Positions 14,161 to 27,264 of a stretch of DNA of 64,000 bases are shown piece by piece. This DNA comes from Lytechinus pictus. Its lineage: Eukaryota. Location: positions 20,648,001 to 20,712,000 of the forward strand of contig NC_087252.1 in assembly GCF_037042905.1 (NCBI RefSeq). The letters are read 5' to 3'. The position numbers were made by a program, and so were the translations under genes. Position 1 is the first letter of the stretch; each line of letters opens with the position of its first letter. The notes beneath the pieces were generated by a model, which saw only the letters and a program-made list of their open reading frames with translations, was not told the origin of the DNA and did no database searches.

Positions 14161-14244
14161 CGTCGACAATGCTTTCTTCATCCTGTCCATTTGGTTTATC
14201 ATCTTTGGAGCTTGTTTCCTGATCTTCTTTCCTGCTGTTTGTAT
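14161..14244 (-). CDS. Exon 19: acidic tail (DTNSRKEDQETSSKDDKPNGQDEESIVD)
   Basis: ttttaag acceptor, G|gtaag donor; 84 nt, open. Confidence 0.78.
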
Positions 14245-14700
14245 CTTAAAATATGGATACAAAAATTGATAGTAGGTATTTTAAGTAGATAGTAATGGTA
14301 CGGTTAAGATTATTATTGTGAATATATTTATTTTATTTTCATTTACACGGAAAAGTATCGTCTTTTATTCAACTTACCACAACATTTAAAAAACATACAT
14401 ACTCTCGTTCGTAGGTTCTTCAGTGTGAAAATGTAATTGATCCGTAAATGCGTTGCTACTGAGCACATTATCAAAAGCAAAAATTACTTGCTTAAAAATG
14501 GCATGGAAGTTTAGAAGGGAACTGGTGGTATTAGGTATTTTGGGGGATAGGGATATGTGACATAGTATTTTAATTGAAATCGATTGGTTTTTTCAATTCA
14601 AAAATACAAGAATGATTACGCGTTCCCAACTTGGGTGACTGACTCTTGAAAATGTGTAAGTCAGAAAAGGTAAATTCGGATGAGTTGGTTTCAGTATTAA

Positions 14701-15160
14701 AGGGATGGTCCGGGCTGAAAGTGCATTAGATATTTATTGCTGCAACTTTTTTTTAATTATAAGGAAGACATATTATTCACACAAGTACCTGTTCAATCAA
14801 TATCATGTATTTATCACCCTGCCTATTGCCAGTGAAGGGGAGTTTGTCCCATCATCACTGGCAGAGGACCTGGGTTTATTGTAACTTCTCTATTTGATTA
14901 TGAAATAAAGATGATTTATATATAAATAATGAAAAAATATGATTTTATGTAATAACATAAGAAAACGAAAAGTTGAGATGTGACATCATCAGCCCATCTA
15001 ATGAATATTAATAACGACTGTTTTCACAAAATATTCCTAAACTTTAAACCTCAATAACTTTATTATTTGTTTTCCGAATTTGGTGGAATTTTCAGCATTT
15101 TGTTCAGTGAATTCTACTCTATGTATTAGGATATAAATATTTTCAGCCCGGACCATCCCT
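14701..15160. mobile_element. Kolobok-like MITE
   Basis: Perfect 20-bp TIR agggatggtccgggctgaaa; TTAA TSD. Confidence 0.85.
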
Positions 15161-15578
15161 TTAATCAAGTGTCTCCTCCTCACACCCCATCCCCCACCCC
15201 CCACCCCAAAAAAAATAATCATTAATCATCTCTCTTATGATATATGTTTCTTCTAAATTCCTTAAATATGTTTTTCTTTTGTCAATCGGATAGTTCTCGG
15301 AGATCTGAATAGTCATATGCAGATTTAGAACAGCGATTGACCATGTTCATCAACAAATTCGTACTACGGAATACAAAGTGCTTGTATCATACCATTATTT
15401 CGGCATAGAAAATTGTTTAAATTTGTTTCAAAATTGTGATGCTCATTCATGTAGAACATTTAATATCACTAATATTTTCACAGAAACATTCGCCAAAGGG
15501 TGAAGAAAGACTCTTGTGCAATTGCATTGTTCTACCCCGTTTCATTGAATTGTTTTGTGGGGCGTTAATTATCATTTG

Positions 15579-15770
15579 CACTCTTAAAAATGTTGGGCAA
15601 CATACTATCCTCACAACAATTGGTTAAAGCTTTATCCGATTCTGGGTAGCTTTAAACCAATGTGTGTTTTGGGTGAAAACTGCCCAGAGTTGGATACATT
15701 TCGTAACCAATTGTGTGGACAGTATGTTGCCCAACATTTGGACAGTATGTTGCCCAACATTTTAAGAGTG
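15579..15770. mobile_element. EnSpm/CACTA-like MITE
   Basis: TIR cactcttaaaa(a)tgttgggcaacatact; 2-bp TSD tg. Confidence 0.75.
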
Positions 15771-16038
15771 TGATTATGCAATTTGAACAGTTGTACCCTT
15801 CCCGCTTGACAATTCCATTTATTTTATTATTATTATTATTATTATTTGGGAGGTTCACGCACTGTATTTGGTTAATTCTATTAGCATATATTTTACATGA
15901 AACATAATCATACTTTCTTTTTTGAATGACACCGAGTAATGTTAGTGGACTAAATTGGTCGTTGTTGTTACAGGGAATTGTATTTAAAATGAATGTGATA
16001 AAACGGTATATTTTTTTTATATAATAAGTGCTTTATAC

Positions 16039-16131
16039 CTTTTTCATCAGTCACGTTGGCACCCTCGGCGTTTGGTGATGTGGTTCCTACCTCCTCTGAA
16101 TTATTTGCACCCTCGTTCGTCTTACTTTCTC
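16039..16131 (-). CDS. Exon 18: acidic tail (GESKTNEGANNSEEVGTTSPNAEGANVTDEK)
   Basis: gatcag acceptor, G|gtataa donor; 93 nt, open. Confidence 0.72.
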
Positions 16132-17102
16132 CTGATCATAAGACAATAAAGTTGTTTTAAAATCCTTCATTTGGAAACTATTGTGGACTGTTCAAATGCA
16201 TGATATGCATTCATATCGTGACTATATTGTAAGTATCTGTATTAACATAATATATGTGACTGTAATCTTTTACCAATGCATTTCGACATGCTCTATCTCA
16301 AATAATATCTCTTTTGCTTGTGATTATTGAGACTTAACTCATTGAGTGCTTCGTGCACGCTACGTATCCTACTATAACATGCCACACTCGTGCTCGCACG
16401 CCTACTATTGATTGCTTTGTGCTTGCATTGTTTCCTACCCTCGCCTGCTTCGTGCATGACTGCGCACATTCGGAATTACAATCATTGTTACGCCGTTTTG
16501 CATTGTATTGCGCATCGCATGCACGCCGTAATTAGCACTATTGTGTACAGTGCGAACTTTGCTTTCTGACAGATCAACTTACTCACTCAGTTTACATTAG
16601 ACTTTTACGAGTATTTCTACATTTTTTACAAGATATGGCTCCGCCTCCGAGAGGGAAGACACCTAGGTTTTTTGATCCATACAAAACACTCCACAAAATG
16701 GAACTACTTGATACAACTCATAATTCAGCGGTAAAGATAATAACCCATCCATATAATAAGGACACCATTATAAGGGGTATGAAATTTCCTACAACTTTAC
16801 TACACAATATTTTGTGGATAAACTAATCGTTAGAGAGTTACAAGCAATTGTAATCATGACTATTGAAAGGAGTGAATACGACTCGCGATCCCAAAATCAA
16901 TGTGGCACAGGGGGGTTTTGTGGCTGGCACAGGGGATTAGCATCGGATTAGCACTGTGGCGTTGGGTTAGTAGTGTGTATGGCATGTTAAGAGTTAAGAG
17001 TCAGTATATCTTAAGATAAAATTTACATAGGTAAAGCATTTTATGAATCAATTCATCATACGTAAATATAAAGATAAAATTAATCAATTCATTCATCTGT
17101 AC

Positions 17103-17216
17103 CTGGGCCTTCCTTCGTAGATTTAAGATCATGAGTCATGTTATCATCATTCTTCTTGCTTACAACATCCTCTCCTTGACTTCCTACTTTGGCAGTCTCC
17201 TCTTCTTTCAATCCAT
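17103..17216 (-). CDS. Exon 17: acidic tail (DGLKEEETAKVGSQGEDVVSKKNDDNMTHDLKSTKEGP)
   Basis: tccttatag acceptor, G|gtacag donor; 114 nt, open. Confidence 0.78.
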
Positions 17217-17583
17217 CTATAAGGATTATTCAGGTAAATTGAATTTCAACCGTAATGTCGATGTATATTTGCAAAGTCACACAAAATATTCAAAATTGTG
17301 TAAGATGGATGTGGGCCTTTACAGAAGAAAAAACATTTATGAGGCATGGCGCAAAAAGATATTGACAACACTGAATGAGAAAATACAAATAAAATGATGC
17401 TGATAGGTATACCAAAAAAAATCCGGCCTCAATAGTCTACTGTAGTTAAATAACTGTAGAATCTATACAGGAGTGTTTGGAGGAAAATTATGTTCGGTCC
17501 AAATTGGCTTTCACTTTTTTCATTCTCTCCTTCGTTTCATGCTGTAAATCATAACAAAATCTCAAGTTATATTTTCATTTGTT

Positions 17584-18740
17584 AAACAAGTGGAGCGCCT
17601 CTGGCAGTCTCGCGTCTCAATATAGCAGCAGTGCTGACTTTGAAAGTGACTAAAATATTCACAAAAAACACAATTCATATGATAATATGCTACTACGTTC
17701 ATTGACCCTAAATGAAATTTGACCTTGATCAAGTGACGTACGACTTCTGCAAGATAAGCAATGACAATGGATTACCCCTATGTCCACATTTCATTAACTA
17801 TATCCATAAACTTTCAAAGTTATGATGGCAATTCAACAATTACCTACAACATTGCCAAAGTTCATCGACCTTAAATGACCAAAACCTTGGTCATGTAACC
17901 TGAAACTCGCACAGGATATTTAGCGATACTTGATTATTATTTTGTTCAATTTTTATGAACTAGATTCACAAACTTTTAAAGTTACAATGGTAATTCACCA
18001 AATACCCCGAACATGGCCAAAGTTCATTGATCCAAAATGACCTTTAACCTTGATCATGTGATCTGAAACCTGCAAAGGATGCTTAGTGATACTTGATTAC
18101 TTTTATGTCGAAGTTCTATTAACTAGCTCCAAAAAACATTAAAATTTATGATGGAAATTCAACTATACCCCGTACATTCCCAAGTTTATTGACCCTAAAT
18201 GACCTGTGACCTTGGTCATGTGACCTGAAATCCAGACAGGATGTGCAATGACACTTCATTACCCTTATGTGTACATTTCATGAACTAGGTCCATGTACTT
18301 TTTACATTATGATGACATTTCAAAAACTTAATCTTGTGTTAAGATTTCAATATTGATTTCCCCACATTGTCTAAGCTTATTGAGCCTAAATGACCTTTGA
18401 CCTTGGTCATGTTACCTGAAACCAAAGCAGGATGTTGAGTAATACTTGATCCAAGTTTTATGAACTAGCTCTATAAACATTCAAAGTTATGATGTCAATT
18501 CAACAAATACCCCCAAAATGACCAAAGTTCATTGACCATAAATGACCTTTGACCTTGGTCATGTCACTTGAAACCTGCATAAGGTGCTCAGTGATACTTC
18601 ATTGCCCTAATGTCCAGGTTTTATGAACTAAGTCCCTATACTTTCTAAAATATGATGACATTTCAAAAACTTAAACTTGGGTTAAGATTCGATGTTGACG
18701 ACGCGGCTGCCGTCTGCAATGCATGCGAGGCATTCTTTTA
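17584..18740 (+). mobile_element. Element with internal tandem repeats of about 180 bp (gaccctaaatgacctttgaccttggtcatgtgacctgaaa), possibly Helentron-associated (HINE-like)
   Basis: Five to six repeat units; aaacaag start; family assignment is inference. Confidence 0.55.
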
Positions 18741-19215
18741 TAATGGCAAAGATAACGTTAAACATTTGGACCCCGTCTGACAAAGAATTGTAATTAATCC
18801 ACTCAATTTTGACTATGGAAATCCAACAATGCCATACTTCATCTAATTGAAATTTGATTTTTTTTTTTTTTGTTAATTTACAAACACAAGAACAACGTTG
18901 TTAAGAAAAGTGTGCATGCACAACTATACTTCCCAGTTATAAGATATTTCAAGAGACATATGCATTGTAAATGTGGGCCATACTGGCTTGCCATAGGTGT
19001 GACTTGACAGCTAATCACAACTATTTGTAAGACAAAGCCAGCAATGACATCCATTATCAATACTGCATTTTTAAATACTCTGCCATCTCGAACATATAGT
19101 CAGTTTAATTCCTAAGTAAACTTTACACCATTTTCCGTTTAAGTAGGACAGCACAAGAATATTCATTTATTATCCCTGAATATAAAGAGAAAATGAAATA
19201 AATTCGTATGTATAC

Positions 19216-19329
19216 CTTGATCTTCCTGCTTAGGGTTAACATCGCTACTCAAAATATCGTCATTATTCTTATCTCCGGCCTCCTCTGGAATTTGTTCTTC
19301 TGTGTTCGCTTCCTTTCCTTTCCATCCAC
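19216..19329 (-). CDS. Exon 16: acidic low-complexity tail (GGWKGKEANTEEQIPEEAGDKNNDDILSSDVNPKQEDQ)
   Basis: ttcttatag acceptor, G|gtatac donor; 114 nt. Confidence 0.78.
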
Positions 19330-20322
19330 CTATAAGAATGTGAATATTAGATTTCAACATAAAAATATGACCTTTGCAGCCGGATGATCTTCGTCGTACG
19401 ATTAAGAGATGACTGTTTCGATCTTAATTTTCCATTTTTTTTCCTTTTCGCGGTTTCTTTTGTGTGTGTGTGCTACTAAAGTATTTTCCAATAATAATAT
19501 ATATAATGTCAATAAACCAATAACAGTCAACGAAAAATATTATAATTTATCAATGCATTTGTAGAGTTAGCATTACCAGGGTGTCTACTGGTAACATAAT
19601 AATTAATGTACTCCAGGTGTGAAAAGTATATGATTTTATCTGGTAACATAAAATCAGACAAAACAATTGTTCATCAGACAAGGAATAACGAACGTATGAC
19701 ACTAAAGATTCGTATTATTTCGGTGAAATAATGAATACTCAATGAGCGATTTGCTGATACCCCATTTTGTTCTTTTTTATTTCATTTTATGAGATTATAT
19801 TTATTAAATTTTTATCCTCCAAGAATTATAGAAATTAGATGGGCATTTAATGCATTGGATAACAAATTATTCATTATTTCAACTTTCCCTATTAGAAGGC
19901 AGATATATTCAAACAAATATGGAAATATCAAATAATTATGATACATAAGAAAGGTAAAGTGGGAACATGACATCATCAGCCCACCTATGAATATTCATGA
20001 CGACGTGCATACAACTGCTTTTCACAAAACATTGCTAAACTTCAATAAATTCGGGGGTGTTAATTTTAGCTTGGAGTACCCCCTTTCAGATGCAATGGGG
20101 TAACGTTCATGGACAACTGCAAGTCTGGAACGGGAGTTGAGCTGCAGAGAGCTTCAGCACCCTAACCTTCCACGTAATTAGTCATCATTTAAAAAAAACG
20201 TAAGAAATTACCACCAAGTAGTGATTTATGAATGTTCACCTCGCATCCCCCTTATATATTTTAAAACCATTCCATGGTCCCTGGCATTCAATTAAGATTC
20301 CATAATATGATTTTCAACTTAC

Positions 20323-20577
20323 CTGTCATTATCTCATGAGCAAATGGATAGAATCCTGCTTTGAGAAGTTCGTTGCTCAATGTTATTGGACTTGGACTTC
20401 GAAGAAACCCGAAAAACTTATTTTCAGTCACCCAGGCGTTTATAACATCATAAGGGGTTAGATCTTTTTTCAACGTTTTGCCAAGGACTCTAGTCAGTTT
20501 ATCCACTATTCCCTCTGGAATGGTTTGAGCTAGCATTTTTGATACTCTACTGTTTATGACGTTGTTCCGAAACTTTC
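20323..20577 (-). CDS. Exon 15: death-domain-like module (KMLAQTIPEGIVDKLTRVLG...VINAWV...LSNELLKAGFYPFAHEIMT)
   Basis: ttgtcag acceptor, G|gtaagt donor; 255 nt, phase 1-1. Confidence 0.85.
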
Positions 20578-21539
20578 CTGACAAAGGAGAATGAAAATAG
20601 TGGTTACAAAAAATGTATTTATTATAACGAGTGATTGAATTAGTTATTGATGCATTTATTCATGCAAAATTTGAGTGATTAATGCATTGACGGACCGTTT
20701 AACTCATTTACTGACAAATACATTGATTTCATTTACTAAGACAATGGAATAAAACATTTGGCTAATGTCAACATGTCCAATGCAAGTTCTATACATTCTT
20801 TTTTCACTTCTTTTCATTTCAATTTTTGTTTCAACCTTTAAAAAACAGACAATATTAACGATGTTCAAAATTACAATACAACAGAATATTACAGGGGAGG
20901 CGGAGTGAAGTAGAAAATGAGGGGCACAGGGAGAAAAGGGCACATATTTATCTACAGTGGCGTAATGAGCTAAAAGTTTCGAGGGGCTAGTTGTGTTGTA
21001 TCACATAAAATGTATATGAAGTTGCGAGCGAGCAAAAAAATTTTTTTTTTTTAACGAAAATCCAAGTTTGTGATAGATTTTGGCATAAGTTATTCAGAAA
21101 ATAATATAATATTTCACCCTTATCTCTTTCCTTTTCTCTTTTTCTTGGTCCTAAGTTTTGGGGGGGGGGGCAAGAGACCCCAAGCCCCCCCCCCCCCCCC
21201 CCACCCATCTGTACGCTACTGCTTACCTACCCCACTCACATGACTCAATAAACTTAAGGCACGCAGGATTATTCTTACAAGTTTTTTTTTTCCTTCATAA
21301 CTACAGTTACATACAAAAATGAGAATATTGTTTCTTGTTTCTTTCTTCAAAGGTGCACTCGTTAACATTATAAAACGGGTCCTTCTCAGGTGAATTTGCA
21401 ACAGAAAACGTTCGTAAGGGGCACTTTTCTTTGGTAAAAAGTGGCACTGATTCGATCGAGAAAGAACACTTACAAAAAGGCAAAATTGTGATTTATGAAA
21501 AAATTTCGCATGAATAGACATATGAATTTTTAGTCAAAA

Positions 21540-21960
21540 TTTTAAAATTCTGTCAACAAGTTTGGTGAACCTCATGCAGCTCTACCAGATGGAAGAAAAA
21601 AAATCAAAATCGGTCAAACAAATGAGAAGAGGCATTTTCTGTGATTTATGAATATATTGCGCATAAATAAGCATAAATAATCTTCTACTCAAAATTTCAA
21701 CCTTCTGTGTAGAAGTTTGGTGAACCTCATAAAGCTCTACCAGATGGAAGAAAAAAAATTAAAATCGGTCTACAAATAAAAAAAAAGCATGTTATGTCAA
21801 TTTTCAAAAATACACATAAATTAAGTTTGCATAAATTAGTAGATTTTTTTTATAGAAATTTGATGAACCTCATGAAGGTCTACCAGAAGAAAGCAAAATA
21901 ATATATATCGGTCAATAAATAAAGAAGAAGCATTTTTGTGAATTTTGGACCGGAAGAGCT
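21540..21960 (+). repeat. Three tandem units of about 150 bp (aagtttggtgaacctcat..gctctaccagatggaagaaaa..aaatcggtc)
   Basis: Units visible near 21558, 21713 and 21857. Confidence 0.7.
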
Positions 21961-22422
21961 AAAAAAAACAATCACACTGTACATTGCCAAAACAGGTACA
22001 AGTCCATGTCGGACAGTGCATTTGCTTAGAAAAGATCCGAAATGGCTCGAATCTTACGCTAACCTCTCAACAATCACACAATTTATCGCAGAATCATTTG
22101 GCACATATTTTGTGTATTCATACATAATACGTGTGGGTGGTCCCTTGATTGGAATCTGTACAAACTCACCTTAAGGGCGTTGCAACTAACATTTATCTTT
22201 AACGTAATTATTAAATATAGGCCTATATCCAATCATAGAAATGATAATTAAGTAATAATAATAATAATAAACAAACTTTTACATCAATGTATAACTAAAT
22301 TCTTTCATTTAAAGGAGATTATTTAGCAATAAACTGCAGGGAGTTAAACCGTTAACATCTCTACTGAGAATAAAGCAAATAACTACTTTGAGTAAAAACT
22401 CATAATCATGATTCTCTGTTAC

Positions 22423-22674
22423 CTGAGATAATACCGAGTGCAAGCTCCTTCTCGCCGAGATTGTGCAGAGCATCAGCCAAAACCATACGATGGTTGAATG
22501 ATGAAGGACGGACAATGTTTGCCCATCTTTGAAGTACACATTGACAGCTCTCTTCTCTTTCATCAGGACCCATTGGCTTGGCATCATCAGAAACACCGAG
22601 TTCCTTTGCTAATTTCGCTGGATCCACTCGCGTCTTCTCTATCTCTGCTTCATCTGCTAGGCTGATTTGAAATC
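22423..22674 (-). CDS. Exon 14: death-domain-like module (KLAKELGVSDD...VLQRW...VLADALHNLGEKELALGI)
   Basis: tgacag acceptor, G|gtaac donor; 252 nt; strong death-domain signature LA.ELG.S / L..W / L..AL...G...LA. Confidence 0.88.
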
Positions 22675-23224
22675 CTGTCAGATGCAAACGCCATATTTAA
22701 TGTCAGGTGCAGAAATTGCAGGTTATCTTATGGGGGGAAATCATTAAAGATGTAGATTTTTCAAAAGACTATTTGCGATCTATCGAGAAGAGCGACAATT
22801 CAATTGTTTTCCCCAAAGTTTCATTTGAGGGGTGGAGGTATATAATAAAGATTAGCTAATTAAGTCCAACCTACCGATAAGCTGGGAGAATCGAACGATC
22901 GTAAAACTGAAAATTTAATCGATCATAGAAATAGGAGAACGTACAGGAAATAAATATATTGAAAATTAAATGGTAGGAAACATGGGCCGAGGAAAAGGGG
23001 AGGCTGTGTTGTGTCATTTTATGTAAGTTTTATACCTTTTCATGAAGATCGTCGTAACTGTGCTGTAAGTACATTATTTAATAAATACATAAATACAAAA
23101 AAGAGTCTGTCTTTGCAGGTGTTCATGTGTATGTGTGTGTTTTGACTATGCGGGTGTGTGTGCGCGCATGGAAGATAAAGAACAGAGTTAGAGAGAGGGG
23201 TTCTTAACAGAATTAGTGACTCAC

Positions 23225-23524
23225 CAAACACTATCGCCTTTGCCTCTTCTCGATATCCCGCTACTTTCAAATCATTCACCACTTTCAGTCTCTCTTCAAT
23301 GCCAGTTACGGGTCCGTCTGCATGTTTCATCTCGAGTAGCAACTTTCCTGTACCTTGTTGTACAATTTTAGGTCCAAGTTCACGTTTGTAGCCAGTTAGC
23401 TCTTCGTCACTGATGTCGAGTGCTTTGGCAAAGGGATAAACGTCTGATAGGACGAGGCGATGAGCTAATTCAACGAGTTCTACATCGAAAATTTTGTCTT
23501 CTCTCCCTTTTGCAAGAAGACAGG
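23225..23524 (-). CDS. Exon 13: death-domain-like module (IFDVELVELAHRL...FAKALDISDEEL...LKVAGYREEAKAIVF)
   Basis: ttttctag acceptor (alternative in-frame start at 23506), G|gtgagt donor; LA..L/ALDIS..E/L..AG death-domain pattern. Confidence 0.85.
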
Positions 23525-23879
23525 CTAGAAAAGTTTGAGTAAAATTGAACAAGGAAAGAAGAATGTTATTTTAAGTCCAACATCAGTAATTTTATTGACA
23601 TCCTCCCATTGCCAATGCGAACAGGATATGTCATGTAACGCATGTACAACGCTCCCCTTTCGGACACTGAAAATATAACAAAAAGGCAAATGAAGAGTTC
23701 GGTTACAAAGGGCCGGGTTATGTCCACTTTCATGACTTTGGACCATTCCGAGAAAAATCGTGTTTTTTCTCACTAATTGCAATATTCGTATGAGAAATTA
23801 AATTGTCATGATGTACTACCCTATCATGTGAACATGAAATCGGGTTTTAAAAAAAATCTACCGGTATTGAATTTTCTTC

Positions 23880-24480
23880 TATATATTTTTTCAAAAATTG
23901 TATTTTTGGACCTAACCCCTTTGGCAAGCAAACTGAAATGAATCCAATTTCTTTTGAGTGAATTTTCTTTTCCACTTTTATTTAAGTTATAATGTGAATT
24001 TCAAATTTTCTTTGATATCATCAGAGTGACTAAAAATCTATATGTTTTGAGACAGGGAACAATGAAATTTATGAAAAATGGATCTAACCCCTTTTGATAA
24101 ATGAACTCTTCAGAAGAGTTTGATTGCAAAACGGGTTTGGTCCACTCCAAGAAAATAATTTGTTATTCCCCCATATTGTAATATTCTTACATATATACAA
24201 TGTATGTATAAAATATATCTACCTGTCATCATATTTTTGTTATATTCTTTTCCCAAAAAAATTATTTGTGGACCTAACCCCTTTTGCAACCAAACTGAAA
24301 TGGACCTAACCCCTTAAAAAAGGGATTTTTCTTTGCCATTTTGTTCACTTTTTAATGGGAAATTGAACTTTTCTTTGGTATCATCTTATACTGTAGAGCT
24401 ACTAAAAGCCTAAACATTGAGACAAAAAAAAAACAAATTTGATGAAAAATGGACCTGACCCGTTTTGCAACTGAGGTTTT
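23880..24480 (+). repeat. Degenerate tandem repeat (ggacctaacccctttt..gcaa)
   Basis: Motif near 23908, 24080, 24270, 24302 and 24451. Confidence 0.6.
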
Positions 24481-24497
24481 CAAATAATGTTCCTTAC

Positions 24498-24770
24498 CAT
24501 AGTCTGGTGCTTCCTCTTGCAGATACTGTCGTAGAATATTTCTTGGGGTTTGTTTATCCTGTACAAGCTGCTTTATAAACCGTAAGGGGGTTCCATCTAT
24601 CTTTATTATAAATGGTTTCAGTATACAGCTGATTTCGTGGTCGGAAAATTTCACTCCTTTTAGTTCTTCACATCTTTCATCACTGAATTTCTCAGGCAAA
24701 TATGCTAAAAGAACTTCTCGTCCCCCATAACGACAGATACGCTTGAGTTCATCTATGGAAATATCTGTAA
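24498..24770 (-). CDS. Exon 12: helical module (VTDISIDELKRICRYGGREVLLAYL...RNILRQYLQEEAPDY)
   Basis: ttttgtacag acceptor, G|gtaag donor; 273 nt; start resembles exon 7. Confidence 0.82.
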
Positions 24771-25801
24771 CTGTACAAAAATGAAATACATAGACGAAAA
24801 TTCTGGATAAGTTTCATTGCTCATCGTTTTCCCCCGTGCTTTTGTGATAACACTCATAGCTACTTCTTATCAATGGCTATCACGTGTCTCTTTTATTTGG
24901 TGGTACCCCTAGATCTGTCGGCTGCATTTGACACCGTAGACCACACCTTACTAATCAACACTCTTGGTAGTTTACGTGTTCAAGGCCCTACAATGGCTGA
25001 AATCTTATCTTTCATTCAATTCAAAGTCAGTCCTTCTAAATGGTGTTACCTCTTCATCCAGGCAATTGGTCTGTTGTGTCCTCCAGGTCTCTGCTGGAGG
25101 ACCAATTTGTTTTCCATTTTTAAACAGGGCTTCAAGATATTTGCTAACGTCACTCTGTTCACTATAGTGAAATCTGAATATCATCTGCATATAAACGATA
25201 TATCATTTATATGCAGATGATATTCAGATTTTGTTTCATTTTTACCCAAGCAAACAACTACCACACGAGCTCTAAATCTTGAAAGGTGAATAATGGACAT
25301 TGTTACTTAGTTTAAGTCAAACTCGTTACTACTGAACCATAGTAAATGTGATTTTTTTTTAGTTTTTGGCTCAGTGTCAAGAAATTCGACATTGATTCCA
25401 TTTCTATCTCAGTCAATCACCCTTTGTCAAAATCTTGTGGCAATCTTGGAGTTACTTTTATTCCCACATGTCCAATAAGATTTTATGAATTTGCATATCA
25501 GTTTGTTATCAATTGCGCAATATTGGCTTTAAAAGAAAATATCTCATTCGCTCAGCAACAGGGAAACTGGTACATTCACTCATTTCTTTTTCAATTTTGG
25601 TAATAGCCTTCTTTTAACTTACTTGAATCTCACCTAAGGAAATTGGAGAGGTTGCAAATTGCGGCTGTGCGTATTGTAACTCCGTCTAGTAAGCGCAGCC
25701 ACATTCACCCCGATATTCAAAACTCTTCACTGGTTGCCCCTGAAGGACCGCTTTAAAATCCTTCTTTTGATCTTTCACATAGTCAATGAAACTTCCCCCA
25801 G

Positions 25802-26117
25802 CAGTGGCGTACCTAGGATTTTCCACAGGGGGGGCAAAATCGGGCGCCCAAAAATTTGACAAGCAAAAAAAAAAAAAAAAAGGTCTCCAATAAAAAAAAA
25901 TTAAGGTTTTTGTACCAGAAAAAAATTGACAAGCAAAAAAAAAAAGGTCTTTAAGCTCAACAGGGGGGGCAATACAGGTATTCAAGCTCGTCAGGGGGGG
26001 CAAAAAAGGTCTTTTAAGCTCGTCAGGGGGGGCAGGTATATGTCTTTTATATGGGTTGTGACTCGTCAGGGGGGGCAGAGTGCCCCCTCTGCCCCCCCCC
26101 CCGTAGGTACGCTAGTG
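25802..26117. mobile_element. hAT-type MITE, same family as 5478-5818 in the opposite orientation
   Basis: 8-bp TSD tcccccag; same termini. Confidence 0.92.
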
Positions 26118-26211
26118 TCCCCCAGTTAAAATAAGTCTATGGTACATAATTACAAACCCTCAAGAACTGTACGATCCCAATCATCTTACCTCTTACAAAT
26201 TCCAGTTTTTT

Positions 26212-26608
26212 CCCGAGATTGGGGGGCACTCAAATGTATTGCTGTACACATGCGTAACAAAATTATTTCCAAACACCGATAAAAACGAGTTTCTGTTTAT
26301 GTGCAAAATAACCCCCTAAACAGGTTTTTTGCGGGCTTTATTTACACATTTTGGGGCCCTAAACAAGTTGTCGCCAGAATATGACCACGAGGAAAAAGCT
26401 TGGGGGAAAAACATACCCTAAACACGTTTGGCTAGTCTTAAAAAAAAGCTTTGGAAAAAACACTCTAAATACGTTTGACCCCTTGATTTGAAAATCGGTG
26501 TTTTTAACGAATACACGCGTCCAAAACTGACAAGAACACCCCTTTAAACGCGTTTTTTTTTTGGTCACACATGTGTACAGCAATATATTTCACTCCCCCC
26601 CCCCCCCG
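26212..26608. mobile_element. MITE with cccg(g)n-cact termini
   Basis: Inverted ends tattgctgtacacatg / catgtgtacagcaata bounded by G and C runs. Confidence 0.7.
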
Positions 26609-27138
26609 AACAATTTTTAGGAAATCAGGGGGAACGAATCTTCGCTAAAGCAGGGCCTTACCTGTGGAAATATCTTCCACAGAGTTTGAAAACCCAGACT
26701 TCAGTGACCACCTTCAGGAGCTACCTGAAAATATGCCCGTGTAAGAGTGCTATTTGACGAACATCGACCTATTATTGAATTATATGTAATTTGTCTTTGG
26801 TGTTCTGCTCTGAGGCGCTTTGAGCAACTACTCAAGATGGAAAGTGCGCTATACAAGTCGTGTAATATTATTATTACCAGGTGCTTCTGCGGTATTTACT
26901 CCTGTCTCAGAGGGCAGAGGGTTAGAGGAGGATTGAGGGGGGGGGGTATTCAGAATAATATGAAGAGTACGGCTTCATGTCTTGCTTAACGTGCAGATTT
27001 TCCATAGGAGCAAATGTCATGGAAACCTTTCTTTATACCCATCTTTCTCACATCCCGCTTTTTTAAGCACATTGGGGTCCGCTCCCCTAGTTACGCCATT
27101 GCTCTTAGTTGTATAGGTTTTGATGAATTTTCACCTAC

Positions 27139-27264
27139 CAGATTTCTCTGCTGATGTTGTTTCAGGCATACTTGGTTCTTGTCGTGGCATCCCCTTCGTC
27201 CCTCTTGCTAGGTTTTCGTAGTTTGCAGATTGCTGAGCCTGAGGAGTGTCATTTCCAGATTTCT
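27139..27264 (-). CDS. Exon 11: linker with YENL motif (EKSGNDTPQAQQSANYENLARGTKGMPRQEPSMPETTSAEKS)
   Basis: ctaaag acceptor (weak), G|gtaggt donor; 126 nt, phase 1-1, open. Confidence 0.72.

Larger units (their letters stand above)
24880..26876 (+). mobile_element. Decayed, 5'-truncated L2/CR1-clade LINE carrying two nested MITEs
   Basis: RT motifs LDLSAAFDTVDH, LQWLKSYLS and LYADD (about 25205-25222) broken by frameshifts; 3' stem-loop gcgctttgag..aaagtgcgctat plus (tat)n tail. Confidence 0.9.

Noticed and set aside
24873..25220. Functional reverse transcriptase gene
   Set aside because: Frameshifts, stops, 5' truncation and nested insertions
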